Of a stretch of 19,521 nucleotides of DNA, positions 8,734-17,993 are shown piece by piece (positions within the stretch are counted from its first letter, which is position 1; each line of letters opens with the position of its first letter). Below the pieces are notes generated by a model. It worked only from the letters and a program-made list of their open reading frames with translations. It had not been told where the DNA came from and did not search any database. Position numbers and translations under genes: made by a program. Origin of the DNA: an uncultured archaeon (GTDB lineage: Archaea > Asgardarchaeota > Lokiarchaeia > Sigyniarchaeales > SOKP01); NCBI GenBank assembly GCA_964388035.1, contig CAYLZE010000097.1, positions 1 to 19,521 on the forward strand, given 5' to 3'.

Positions 8734-10764
8734 TTAGCTCCTTACATTTTTTACTTCAAAGGAAGTAAGTTTATTATCTCTAATTTTTATTTCTCTGTAC
8801 GATCCGACAAAACTCGGCCCTTTATGAGCTTTCAATCCCAATGCAGGTGTTTGTACCACAAAGGGACCGTAAGCATAAATTTTATCAGCATCTTGATAGA
8901 AGGTGGAATAATCGTCATAAAAAACTTTCATCGATTCTTCCTTTTCTCCATTATTCATATTAATTATTTCTTTTTCTAATCGAAATTCTTTAAATGTGTG
9001 TGTATGTCCAGATAACGTCAAGATACAATGGTTTAAACAGAAATTAAGGATATTTTCACGATTGGAGGCGAGAGTTCCAGCAGAGAGATTAAACTTATCA
9101 TCGATTCGTGCTTTAGATTCTCTTTTTAAAGAAATCTTGAATTTTGATTCTTTAAATTCATCCAAAGATGTTTTAATCGTGCTCTTAAATAACTTTTTTA
9201 ATCGGGTCACCACGCTTCTTTTATCTTTTGGATTTATAGGAGGACCATGAAGGCTTAGAATTATTTCAGGGCTCTCATTTTCATATTTTTTAATTAGATT
9301 AGATAAATATTGCATCTGAGTGTTCGAAATTCCGATTACAGAGGGTTTTCCTGAAATAAAATCGGTAATTTTCAAGAATGAGTCTGGTCCCGTATTAAGG
9401 AAGATAAATATAAATTTATTAAGGCGCAGGTGAAAATTCAAGGAAGGATTAATTTCTGATAGATATCCCATTATTGCATGATCACTCCTTGTAATGGCCT
9501 TTATAGGAGAAGCAGAATATTTTGTTTTTATTATCTCCGATTCTTCCTTAGTAAGCCCCATTTTTTTATGCAGACTTCCCCAACTTAAGTCATACTGCCA
9601 TGGACGAAAATCATGATTTCCTAAAATGACAAAAATGGGGCACAATAATTCTGTAGTTTTGGTCATCCCCTTTAACTTTCTTTGATTAATATCTAATAGC
9701 ATTTCCTTAAAGATTTTCCAATTACTATTGGAATAATTAAAATTGTTAGGGGTATCGGGGGATATATTACTTGAGATGGTGAAATCAACGATATCTCCGG
9801 ATATTATCACGAAATCCAATTCATTTTGCAGTACTTTCTGATTCATAACTTTAATGAATTGACGAAATAATTCATTTGGATTGATTAATCGTTTTGGAAA
9901 AGTGCTGCGTAATTTCTTAACCTTTTTTGTTGACAATTTTAATTCAGTTTGTATCTGATTAGCCATGCTTTCCATGTTATTATTCTCGGGGTTCACTTTA
10001 AGTAGACTATTATACAAGTCGATTATATTTGGGTAGATGTGGTCATTTCTTTGCGCTAAATGCAAGTCAGTAGCTTGTACTATGTTGATATTGTTCCATT
10101 TATTTTTAGTGATTACCAAACAATGATAATTGATGCTATTAGATATATTGGTACTCTTATTAAAAATATCGAACATTATAAATTGTCGTTCTTTCAAAAA
10201 ATCTGTAATTTCTTCTGAGAGTGTAAATTCTATCTTTACTTGATAATAATTTTTCAATTTGGGATATATATTTAATTGAGTGAGAATACTTTGAGGGTAG
10301 CAATATTCATCATCAATGAATTTAGGATTTCTAAGAGAGGTAAATCGCACTTTTTTGGCTTCTAAGATAATAGGGTGAAGAGGTTTCCCCCTAAAGGGAC
10401 GATACTCCAATTTCCTGAGCCTTCTTCTGTCCAGATGCATGGTTATTTCCTGTTCCTTTCCTTTCTTATCCGTTTCAATGAACGAAACTTTTATTCCTTT
10501 TATTATTTTTTTGCCCCTAAAAGCACGTTTTATTTTCTTAAAAATTAGTTTTACTCTCTTGAGTCTCTTTTCTTGAATTAATTGATTCAATTTCCATTTA
10601 AATTCTAAAATAGGAATCAATTTTAAAGATTCATTTAATTCATATTTTACTGAAATGGGATCTTCATAATCCGTAACAAATAAAAGAGAAATTTGGTATT
10701 TGCTATCCATTATTTTCTCTTCATAATTGACAAATTTCGGATGTCCTAAATTTGGATTCACCAA
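8734..10764 (-). CDS. Large calcineurin-like metallophosphoesterase with unknown basic N-terminal region
   Basis: All five motifs in order: TDLH, SGDIVD, GNHD, LHGP, SGHTH. Start may be TTG 10764 or GTG 10761. Confidence 0.88.
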   Translation of the reverse strand: MVNPNLGHPKFVNYEEKIMDSKYQISLLFVTDYEDPISVKYELNESLKLIPILEFKWKLNQLIQEKRLKRVKLIFKKIKRAFRGKKIIKGIKVSFIETDKKGKEQEITMHLDRRRLRKLEYRPFRGKPLHPIILEAKKVRFTSLRNPKFIDDEYCYPQSILTQLNIYPKLKNYYQVKIEFTLSEEITDFLKERQFIMFDIFNKSTNISNSINYHCLVITKNKWNNINIVQATDLHLAQRNDHIYPNIIDLYNSLLKVNPENNNMESMANQIQTELKLSTKKVKKLRSTFPKRLINPNELFRQFIKVMNQKVLQNELDFVIISGDIVDFTISSNISPDTPNNFNYSNSNWKIFKEMLLDINQRKLKGMTKTTELLCPIFVILGNHDFRPWQYDLSWGSLHKKMGLTKEESEIIKTKYSASPIKAITRSDHAIMGYLSEINPSLNFHLRLNKFIFIFLNTGPDSFLKITDFISGKPSVIGISNTQMQYLSNLIKKYENESPEIILSLHGPPINPKDKRSVVTRLKKLFKSTIKTSLDEFKESKFKISLKRESKARIDDKFNLSAGTLASNRENILNFCLNHCILTLSGHTHTFKEFRLEKEIINMNNGEKEESMKVFYDDYSTFYQDADKIYAYGPFVVQTPALGLKAHKGPSFVGSYREIKIRDNKLTSFEVKNVRS

Positions 10765-10945
10765 TAATAAACCATTTGACTTTATAACTATATACCCCTT
10801 TTTTTCTCTTTTTTTATTTATTATAAGAAGTGTTAAATGAAACTTATAAGCATTAGTTTTCTTGTAATATAATTAATGTTACTGCTCTTTGGATATTAAC
10901 TAATAGATATAAGATGCGGTATTTTAATATGTTTTATGGATTAAG

Positions 10946-12028
10946 TTATTCAAAGTTGCCTATAAAATCTTTACTTAGATCATAATCACAGTTTTTGCAT
11001 TTTTTCTCCCCGGTAATAGCTACCTTCGAAATCGTATAGCCTACCCTTTCGATTAAGGAGTGTCCACAATGGGGACAGTAGGTGTTATTTCCTTTAACGT
11101 CCAACACGTTTCCAATATAGGGATAATAGAGCCCCGTTTCTTTTGCAATTTTATAAGCCAAGGTTAATGTTTCACGGGGCGTACGGATATTAGAAGGCAT
11201 CTTGAAGTCGGGGTGATAAGCTGAAAAGTGAACAGGAGTATTTGCTCCTAAGTTATCCAATACCCATTGACATAATGTGTGTATGTCCTCTTTATCATCA
11301 TTGATATTAGGGATGATTAGATTTGTAATTTCCACATGAATTCCATTTTTTTTAAAATAGGAAGAAGTATCCAAGACGGGTTGAACAGATCGTACTCCAC
11401 ACACCTTTTTATAGAACTCGTCCGTGATGCCTTTAATATCAATATTTGCAGCATCAATTCCAACCTCAACTAATTCTTGGGAAGCTTGGGGCGTGGAAAA
11501 TCCATTTGTAACGAGAATTGTCGGGATCTTCTCTTTTTTTAATAATTCTACAGTATCTAAGACCCATTCATGCCAAATTAGAGGTTCATTATATGTATAG
11601 GCCAGGGTTTCTGCTTTTGAATTCAAAACACTATTTATTAATTCCTCGGGGGTTAATTCCACGAGGGACATTTTTTGATTAAACCCACCTTGAAAGTCAT
11701 AATAACCTTCTTTCCCATCTTCCGAAGGAGTAGCTTGACTAATCTCCCAATTCTGACAGTGAAGACAACGAAATGAACACCCTATAGATGCAATGGAATA
11801 TGTTATGCTTCCCGGCCAAAAATGATATAAGGGTTTTTTTTCTATGGGATCTAAACTTCCTGGTGCTATTAACGAGCCATAGATTAATGAATATAATTTG
11901 CCATCAATATTTTTACGAGTTCTACAAATACCAACTTTTCCGGGAGTGATAACGCACTCATTTGCACACACGTGGCATCGAACCCTTTTTTCTTCCATTT
12001 CATCCCATAATCGTGCCAGAATTTTCAT
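10946..12028 (-). CDS. amrS: AmmeMemoRadiSam system radical SAM enzyme
   Basis: N-terminal CHVCANEC...GICRTR, DPIEKKPLYHFWPG, CxxxCxxC (CSFRCLHC-QNWEISQ), YTYNEP, HFSAYHP, YIGNV, C-terminal CPHCG...CKNC. Confidence 0.93.
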   Translation of the reverse strand: MKILARLWDEMEEKRVRCHVCANECVITPGKVGICRTRKNIDGKLYSLIYGSLIAPGSLDPIEKKPLYHFWPGSITYSIASIGCSFRCLHCQNWEISQATPSEDGKEGYYDFQGGFNQKMSLVELTPEELINSVLNSKAETLAYTYNEPLIWHEWVLDTVELLKKEKIPTILVTNGFSTPQASQELVEVGIDAANIDIKGITDEFYKKVCGVRSVQPVLDTSSYFKKNGIHVEITNLIIPNINDDKEDIHTLCQWVLDNLGANTPVHFSAYHPDFKMPSNIRTPRETLTLAYKIAKETGLYYPYIGNVLDVKGNNTYCPHCGHSLIERVGYTISKVAITGEKKCKNCDYDLSKDFIGNFE

Positions 12029-12368
12029 ATATTTTCATTAGTGGATTATTTTTTTCTACTTAATTTTAATGATAAAGAGTTTAAAATTTTGATTTCTATA
12101 AAATTTAGAAAGTTAGAAAGAGAACCCAGAGGATTTATATACAATTTTCTCTGAAAAGTTGCTTGATAATTATTCACTCCTTAAATTTATTCTCTAGAAG
12201 TTATTAAAAAGTAATTTATATATTCCACTATCCTAAAATCATTCGAGCTTTTAGAAAATTGCGCACGATTAATGACTGTTTTAATTTCCGTGTATTTAGC
12301 TATAGAATTTATTCAATTTAATTAGATAGAAAATAAATTTGATCAAAATAATTTAAAGCCTTACAGAG

Positions 12369-13304
12369 ATGAATCTAAACGAAATGGATAATCGATATTT
12401 AGAATTAGGAATAATTCAGCCACTTGATGACTTTTCACATGAATGTTGTGAAAATCCCAATATTATTCAAGAAAGTGGATTTGAAGTATGCATGAATTGT
12501 GGTACCACCCATGCAAGAATCATTGATCAATCAAAAAATGCATATTATTCAATTGAAAAAGAAAGCAAATTCAAAACGGATGATCGAATTTTTAGTCCTA
12601 TCGGTCCACGGACGCTAATTGATGGTCATAAAGATGCTCACGGCAATTATTTAAAATCCGAAAGTATTCCCACCTTTAGGCGATTGTCTAAAATCAATCG
12701 ATCTCTGATAAATGGTTATGAACGAAATTTATGGATAGCCTTACCAATTTTGCGGTTTCTAAAATCCTCCTTAGATTTACCTCAATATATCTACTATCAA
12801 GCCTTTCAAATCTATTTGAAGGCCGTTGAAAAAAGATTAACTTTGGGGCGATCTATTAGAGGATTAGTTGCAGCGTCTCTTCTTGCGTCATTAAAAGTGT
12901 TCAAGATTCCAAGATTGATGCAAGAGATTTTTGATGTTGTTGAGATTTCAAAAAAAGAATTAAACTTATATTATCGACTTGTTTATACTGAGGTTTTGCC
13001 CGAATTAAAATTAAAAACTGAGCGAATAGGGTATCAAAAATATATCACAAAATTTTGCGAAACACTCGGTTTATCAGATGATTTAAAAAAAGGTAGTCTC
13101 AAAATATTTAAATCCAGCGTACAAAATGGATTGATAATCTCTGGCAAAAATCCGAGAGGCTTAGCCGCTGGGGCGATATACCTATGTTCAAATGTTAATA
13201 AGAAGGAAGTAACACAAAAAGCGATTTGCAATATTTCAAATATTTCTGAAGTTATATTAAGGACTAGATTTAAAGAAATTAAACATTATTGCACGCTTTT
13301 CTGA
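12369..13304 (+). CDS. tfb: Transcription initiation factor IIB (TFB) paralog
   Basis: Zn ribbon CCENP...VCMNCG, ERNLxxAL, first cyclin repeat LTLGRS...AA, second repeat SGKNPRGLAAGAIY, C-terminal HTH TQ...SEVILRTRFKEI. Confidence 0.92.
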   Translation: MNLNEMDNRYLELGIIQPLDDFSHECCENPNIIQESGFEVCMNCGTTHARIIDQSKNAYYSIEKESKFKTDDRIFSPIGPRTLIDGHKDAHGNYLKSESIPTFRRLSKINRSLINGYERNLWIALPILRFLKSSLDLPQYIYYQAFQIYLKAVEKRLTLGRSIRGLVAASLLASLKVFKIPRLMQEIFDVVEISKKELNLYYRLVYTEVLPELKLKTERIGYQKYITKFCETLGLSDDLKKGSLKIFKSSVQNGLIISGKNPRGLAAGAIYLCSNVNKKEVTQKAICNISNISEVILRTRFKEIKHYCTLF

Positions 13305-13357
13305 TTTTAATAAGGAATAGACAATCCGTTCACATTTTTAATCGGATACCGCTTGAA

Positions 13358-13555
13358 TCAAGGAAGGTGCATGTAAATCAATATTATATTTTTTATATGA
13401 AAAATGATCACTTTTCTCAAATTGTGATTAAATGGATTTTTTGTAGCGTTTTTATCCAATTTTTCTTTTCTATTGAGTCTAAGAATTTGTTTTTTTAATA
13501 TTAAATAAATGACAATACAAGCAAGAATGAAAATAACCACATGCAGAATTGGCAA
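13358..13555 (-). CDS. Possible small single-TM protein or gene remnant
   Basis: One hydrophobic helix followed by a basic tail; TTG start, no clear RBS. Confidence 0.2.
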   Translation of the reverse strand: MPILHVVIFILACIVIYLILKKQILRLNRKEKLDKNATKNPFNHNLRKVIIFHIKNIILIYMHLP

Positions 13556-13595
13556 ATACTTCTTGTTAAACCATTGAATTATTTATATAAAATTA

Positions 13596-13908
13596 ACTCC
13601 CCTGCTTAAATTGAAAGAAATATTGATTTTATTACGTATGATTGCTTTAAAGATTAGATTCATTAGTAAAAATTGATTAAGTTCCCAAATTTACCTCCAT
13701 TTTAAATATATTTCAAGATTTTTATACTAATCTTTTCTAATCTTTAATACAGTATTGAAGATAAGTCCCTATTTGGACTATTTCATAGAGATAAGTTTTA
13801 AATGTAGCGTTAATGATTTTGATATTTTTATATTCCTTTCTTTCTAGGCATATTTATAACCAGACTTTTCGGAAGAAGTATGAAATATTACTTAATTAAA
13901 GCGGGAGT
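13596..13908. mobile_element. Possible MITE-like element (imperfect TIRs, TTA flanks)
   Basis: Left end ACTCCCCTGCTTAAATTGA; right end reverse-complemented ACTCCCGCTTTAATTAA. TTA flanks both sides (13593-13595, 13909-13911). Non-coding interior. Confidence 0.3.
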
Positions 13909-14024
13909 TTAATCGATATTATGAAATCAATTAATGAGGACACTTTATATTTTATAGTGAAGCAATATAAATATCCAACATTTGTTTATTATAATAGTTA
14001 TCCAGTAAATATCTAATAAATGAG

Positions 14025-15566
14025 ATGACAAAAATGATGAAAAACATGAGCCGTCAAACTCAAAAGACTATAAAGAGCATAAATCCTGCTACTCTGGAAT
14101 TAAATGGAGAGGTGAAAGAAACAGATTTAGACACAATTGATCAGATTTTTAAAAACTCGAGAAAAGCGCAGAAAGTATGGGCAAAAGTTCCACTTAAAGA
14201 GAGAGCGAGGAAGATTGTTAAAGCGAATGAAGTAATTTCTCACCAATTTGATGAGATTTCGCGCCTCATATCAAAAGAAGTGGGAAAGCCTCCTTCGGAA
14301 GCTTTTACAAATGAAGTTTATGTAGTTGTGGACTCCACGTTCAATTATTATAATACCGTGGAGGAAATCTTAGGAAAAGAAGAAGAAATCTCCTTAGGGT
14401 TTTATGAGTCGTTGGATAAAAAAAGCTTTTTATTACGTAAACCCATAGGTGTTGTATGCGTAATAGGCCCTTACAATTACCCGTTTGCGATTCCTTTTGA
14501 GCAGATTGTTCAGAGTCTTATGGCGGGAAATAGTGTTGTCTTTAAGCCTTCTTCCGATACAGTCCTTGTTGGCCAGAAAATACAAGAGATATTCGATAAA
14601 ATAGACATCCCCCAATATCTAGTTCAAACGGTTTTTGGAGATGGCTCCAAGATAGGAAATCCTTTAATTGACAATGCAAATAAAATCTTATTCACGGGAA
14701 GTACTGCAACGGGAAAGAGAATTATGCAACGAGCAGCCTTAACACTAACCGACGTGACTCTTGAACTTGGAGGCAAATCTGCAATGATTGTGTTTCCAGA
14801 TGCCGATTTGGAACGTGCTGTTTTGGCAGCAAGATGGGGTGTTTTCACTAATTCAGGACAAGTATGTTCATCGGTGAAAAGATTATATTTACATTCAGAA
14901 ATATATGATGATTTCTTGGCCAAGCTTGTAGAGTTAACTAAACAATTAAAGCAAGGAATTCCCACGGATCTTAATGTAGATATTGGGGCGATGGTTAACG
15001 AAGAACAATTAAATCAAGTAGATAAAATCGTTAAAGTAGGGATCGAAGAAGGGGCTAAGCTCTTAACGGGCGGTCGAAAAAACCCGAATTTAAAAGGATA
15101 TTTCTATGAACCGACGATTTTTGCAGATGCGAAGAATGACATGAGAATAGTACAGGAAGAGATATTTGGTCCGGTGTTAGTGGTGATCAAATTCTCTGAT
15201 GAAAAGGAAGTCATTGAAATGGTAAATGACAATCAATACGGTCTAACATCTTCAGTTTGGACAAAAAATGTAGAGTATGGTAAAAAAATCGCGGAAGAAA
15301 TCGATACTGGTACCGTAATGATAAATGAGGTGGTCTATACCTTTGCTCTTGCCCCCACTCCCTGGGGGGGTACCAAGAGCTCAGGAATAGGAAGATCTCA
15401 TGGAAGACTTGGATTTCACGGGGTCACCAGACCCTTACACATCAACATAGATCAATATAAAGGTCCTGATTTATGGTGGACGCCCTATAATCGTAATTAC
15501 GAGGAAATAGTATCTAATTTCAAAAATATAGCAAAAAGCTTGGTTATAAAGGATAAGTATGATTAA
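14025..15566 (+). CDS. NAD(P)-dependent aldehyde dehydrogenase
   Basis: PYNYPF, FKPS, FTGSTATG, catalytic Glu in LELGGK, catalytic Cys in GQVCSS, EEIFGPV, PWGGTKSSGIGRSHG. True start may be 14034, 14037 or 14046. Confidence 0.95.
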   Translation: MTKMMKNMSRQTQKTIKSINPATLELNGEVKETDLDTIDQIFKNSRKAQKVWAKVPLKERARKIVKANEVISHQFDEISRLISKEVGKPPSEAFTNEVYVVVDSTFNYYNTVEEILGKEEEISLGFYESLDKKSFLLRKPIGVVCVIGPYNYPFAIPFEQIVQSLMAGNSVVFKPSSDTVLVGQKIQEIFDKIDIPQYLVQTVFGDGSKIGNPLIDNANKILFTGSTATGKRIMQRAALTLTDVTLELGGKSAMIVFPDADLERAVLAARWGVFTNSGQVCSSVKRLYLHSEIYDDFLAKLVELTKQLKQGIPTDLNVDIGAMVNEEQLNQVDKIVKVGIEEGAKLLTGGRKNPNLKGYFYEPTIFADAKNDMRIVQEEIFGPVLVVIKFSDEKEVIEMVNDNQYGLTSSVWTKNVEYGKKIAEEIDTGTVMINEVVYTFALAPTPWGGTKSSGIGRSHGRLGFHGVTRPLHINIDQYKGPDLWWTPYNRNYEEIVSNFKNIAKSLVIKDKYD

Positions 15567-15593
15567 ATAGAAGAAGAGTCCTTTAAACGATTG

Positions 15594-15618
15594 CTTTTCT
15601 TTTATTTTTATTTTTTTT
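15594..15618 (+). terminator. Oligo-T archaeal-type terminator after the aldehyde dehydrogenase
   Basis: T-rich tract about 30-50 bp after the stop codon, between convergent genes. Confidence 0.4.
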
Positions 15619-15722
15619 GACTTATATTCTTCAATTAAAATAAGAATGAGTTTACACGTGTAAAATTATATTTAATTGCTAATAAATGCCCATGGATTAC
15701 CTAACAATTATTTTTATAAAAA

Positions 15723-16949
15723 TTACAAATGTATGATATTAATAACCAAGAATGTCATTAAGAAAAGGATAACAATGGTTATTGCTTGATATGTTAATAA
15801 TCTCACGCCATATTTCTTTTGATTGACATTTTCATTCAAAAATTTTAGACTATAGAAGATTTTATTAATGATTGCCCCCGTCAAACCGAAAGCGAGCAAG
15901 AAAAGGCTCTCTGCAATATTCACATACCCACCAATAAAATTAGAGGTGATAAACAAAGCGGCAGCACCTCCCGCAAGCAAACCTAACATAAAGGAAATAA
16001 GACTATAGGAAAATAAAGTTAAGTGGAGATAATTTACAAGGAGTGATATGATTATAGCCAAGGAATAGCTTCCGGAAAAAACTAGAGCGGACTTTATTGA
16101 TAAGGGATTTCCTATTTTTTCTGATTTAATTTCTGTAGGGTTCTTTCTTAAAAATATAAAGGAGCCAAATAAGCCAATCATGCTTGTAATTAATATGGGC
16201 GCTAATGCATAGAAAAGTATTATGGGTGCAATTACTAAAATTATCAATATTCTAATTAACATGGTCTGTATTACCAACCAAACGGAGGAAGGGGATGCTC
16301 CTGCTTTAGAAAGCTCGATTGTAGTAGCCTCCGAATGGGCTAAACCCCCAAAGAAAGACAAATAATAGATCGTGCGCTCCATTTTACTTTTCAATAAAAA
16401 ATAACTGAAATAACGAATTGCTAAAATAGAAATAAATATAATGATGACCGCTTTTACATTAAGATTAGCTATGATAAGGCCATCTGGAATCAATGTATAA
16501 AGTAAGAAAACAAGAGCAATGAATTCCACAGTTCCCGTCCACTCAACACTGCTTAATCCTCGGATCATTTTAAACTGTTTTTTTGTGGAAAGTACGATTA
16601 AAAAAAGAACAGAAATTACTATGGCAAGAGAATAGTAATAATAACATAGTACGCCCACAATCAATGCTAAAAACATTGAGAGCGTCGTTGTCCGATGTCT
16701 TAATGAACTTAAAATTAAAAATGCGATAATCCCTCCAAAAATTAGAATAATCAATCCATATCCAAAAGGAACTGTAAATTTATCATTCAACAAAACCAAA
16801 ATTGTGGCAAGAACTGAAACAAAAATATGATCTCTTACATCATATTGAACATCCACTCGCGTGCGTTCTATTCCTAACAAAAATCCACATAAAATGGAAA
16901 TAAGAATTATCAACAAATCAGAATAAAACGTGATATCTATAACTTCCAT
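15723..16949 (-). CDS. MgtC/SapB-DUF4010 family polytopic membrane protein
   Basis: N-terminal GFLLGIER...R (MgtC-like), many TM helices, FFGGLAHSEATT and NPLSIKSALVF motifs resembling DUF4010. Confidence 0.8.
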   Translation of the reverse strand: MEVIDITFYSDLLIILISILCGFLLGIERTRVDVQYDVRDHIFVSVLATILVLLNDKFTVPFGYGLIILIFGGIIAFLILSSLRHRTTTLSMFLALIVGVLCYYYYSLAIVISVLFLIVLSTKKQFKMIRGLSSVEWTGTVEFIALVFLLYTLIPDGLIIANLNVKAVIIIFISILAIRYFSYFLLKSKMERTIYYLSFFGGLAHSEATTIELSKAGASPSSVWLVIQTMLIRILIILVIAPIILFYALAPILITSMIGLFGSFIFLRKNPTEIKSEKIGNPLSIKSALVFSGSYSLAIIISLLVNYLHLTLFSYSLISFMLGLLAGGAAALFITSNFIGGYVNIAESLFLLAFGLTGAIINKIFYSLKFLNENVNQKKYGVRLLTYQAITIVILFLMTFLVINIIHL

Positions 16950-17047
16950 TTTTAGCTCAAATTAGGTTGATATATAGCATATATAGTCCCATACTCTATA
17001 TATAGCTTTCTAATTCAAATTAAAGATTAATTCCTATACTTGAATTC

Positions 17048-17080
17048 TAGGATTTATAATAAAGGATTTTTTAAATCCTA
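17048..17080. promoter_or_regulatory. Nested inverted-repeat operator candidate around the ferredoxin TATA box
   Basis: TAGGATTTA (17048-17056) is inverted to TAAATCCTA (17072-17080), with a second AGGATTT at 17063-17069; TATA-like TTTATAAT at 17053-17060. Confidence 0.4.
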
Positions 17081-17118
17081 TCAATCAAGATAATAGTAAA
17101 AATTGGAAAGAAATTTAT

Positions 17119-17337
17119 ATGACCGACATTAAAAAATGGGAAGATAATGATCATTGGGTCGAAATTGATTTAGACGCATGCGTGGGCGCGGCAGAATGCG
17201 TGAATGTTTGTCCAGTGGAGTGCTATGAATTGACGGATGGAAAAGTAAAGGCAGATAATATTGGAGAATGTATCGACTGCCTGGCGTGTCAGGATGTGTG
17301 TCCAACAAACGCGATTCTGAAACATTCTGCTTGGTAA
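17119..17337 (+). CDS. Dicluster ferredoxin, probably [3Fe-4S][4Fe-4S]
   Basis: CVGAAECVNVCP (second Cys replaced by Ala) and CIDCLACQDVCP; acidic, 72 aa. Confidence 0.93.
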   Translation: MTDIKKWEDNDHWVEIDLDACVGAAECVNVCPVECYELTDGKVKADNIGECIDCLACQDVCPTNAILKHSAW

Positions 17338-17450
17338 TGGTTTAGTAACTTCCTTTTCGCTCTTTTATTTGGTCTTTTCGGTTCATTTTATGAAATAATC
17401 TTTTCAGATGATCAATAGAATATAAAATGAAAATGGTAGGATAATTAAGC

Positions 17451-17777
17451 ATGATAAAAGAACATCCAAGAATCATTCGAGAGAAGAAAACAATAGAAGC
17501 AATGATTTGCATGTACTGTAACAAGCACCATGAAACGCAAGGTTCACTTTGTGTGGAATGTAATAAATTGTATGAGTATGCAATGATGCGTTTGAATTTA
17601 TGCCCTTTCCAAGGAAAGAAAAGCACGTGCGCTAATTGTTTAGTACATTGCTATAAACCTCAAATGAGAGAGAAGATAAAAAAGGTCATGCGATACTCGG
17701 GACCCCGCATGCTTTTTTACCATCCACTTTTGGCTTTACATCACATCATTGATGGCCAAAAAAAACCGGAAAAGTAA
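17451..17777 (+). CDS. ygbA: YgbA family (nitrous oxide-stimulated promoter) Cys-rich protein
   Basis: REKKTIEAMICMYC...LCVEC...YA..RL..CPF..KKSTCANCLVHCYKP.MREKIK.VMRYSGPRML..HP. Confidence 0.9.
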   Translation: MIKEHPRIIREKKTIEAMICMYCNKHHETQGSLCVECNKLYEYAMMRLNLCPFQGKKSTCANCLVHCYKPQMREKIKKVMRYSGPRMLFYHPLLALHHIIDGQKKPEK

Positions 17778-17993
17778 AATAATTAAAAATATTTTTTTAT
17801 ATTTCACGTATGCCTGCTCATTTAATGTTCATGGCGCGAGGATTCAAGGAAATTTTTTTTTAACCTCTTGTTTTATTGGAATCAAAAAAAAATGACCATT
17901 AAAATGTATAAAGATTTTATATTTTGAATATTAATTAATAATGAAATTCATAATGCAATAAAAAAATAATAAAAAAAAAGAGGATAAAAAAAC

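Noticed and set aside
15651-15664. Perfect 14-bp palindrome TTTACACGTGTAAA
   Set aside because: About one such palindrome is expected by chance in 20 kb, and it lies between convergent 3' ends rather than in a promoter.
8701-17626. ORFs 8701..8979, 8996..9250, 13034..13231, 13289..13498, 14433..14615, 14624..14965, 17342..17626 (and 17948..18133)
   Set aside because: Antisense to, or overlapping, well-supported genes, with no motifs.
17800-17860. GC-richer patch after ygbA, considered as a SECIS or ncRNA
   Set aside because: The stem between ATGA and GA is far too short for a SECIS, no convincing fold is apparent, and there is no adjacent UGA-containing gene.
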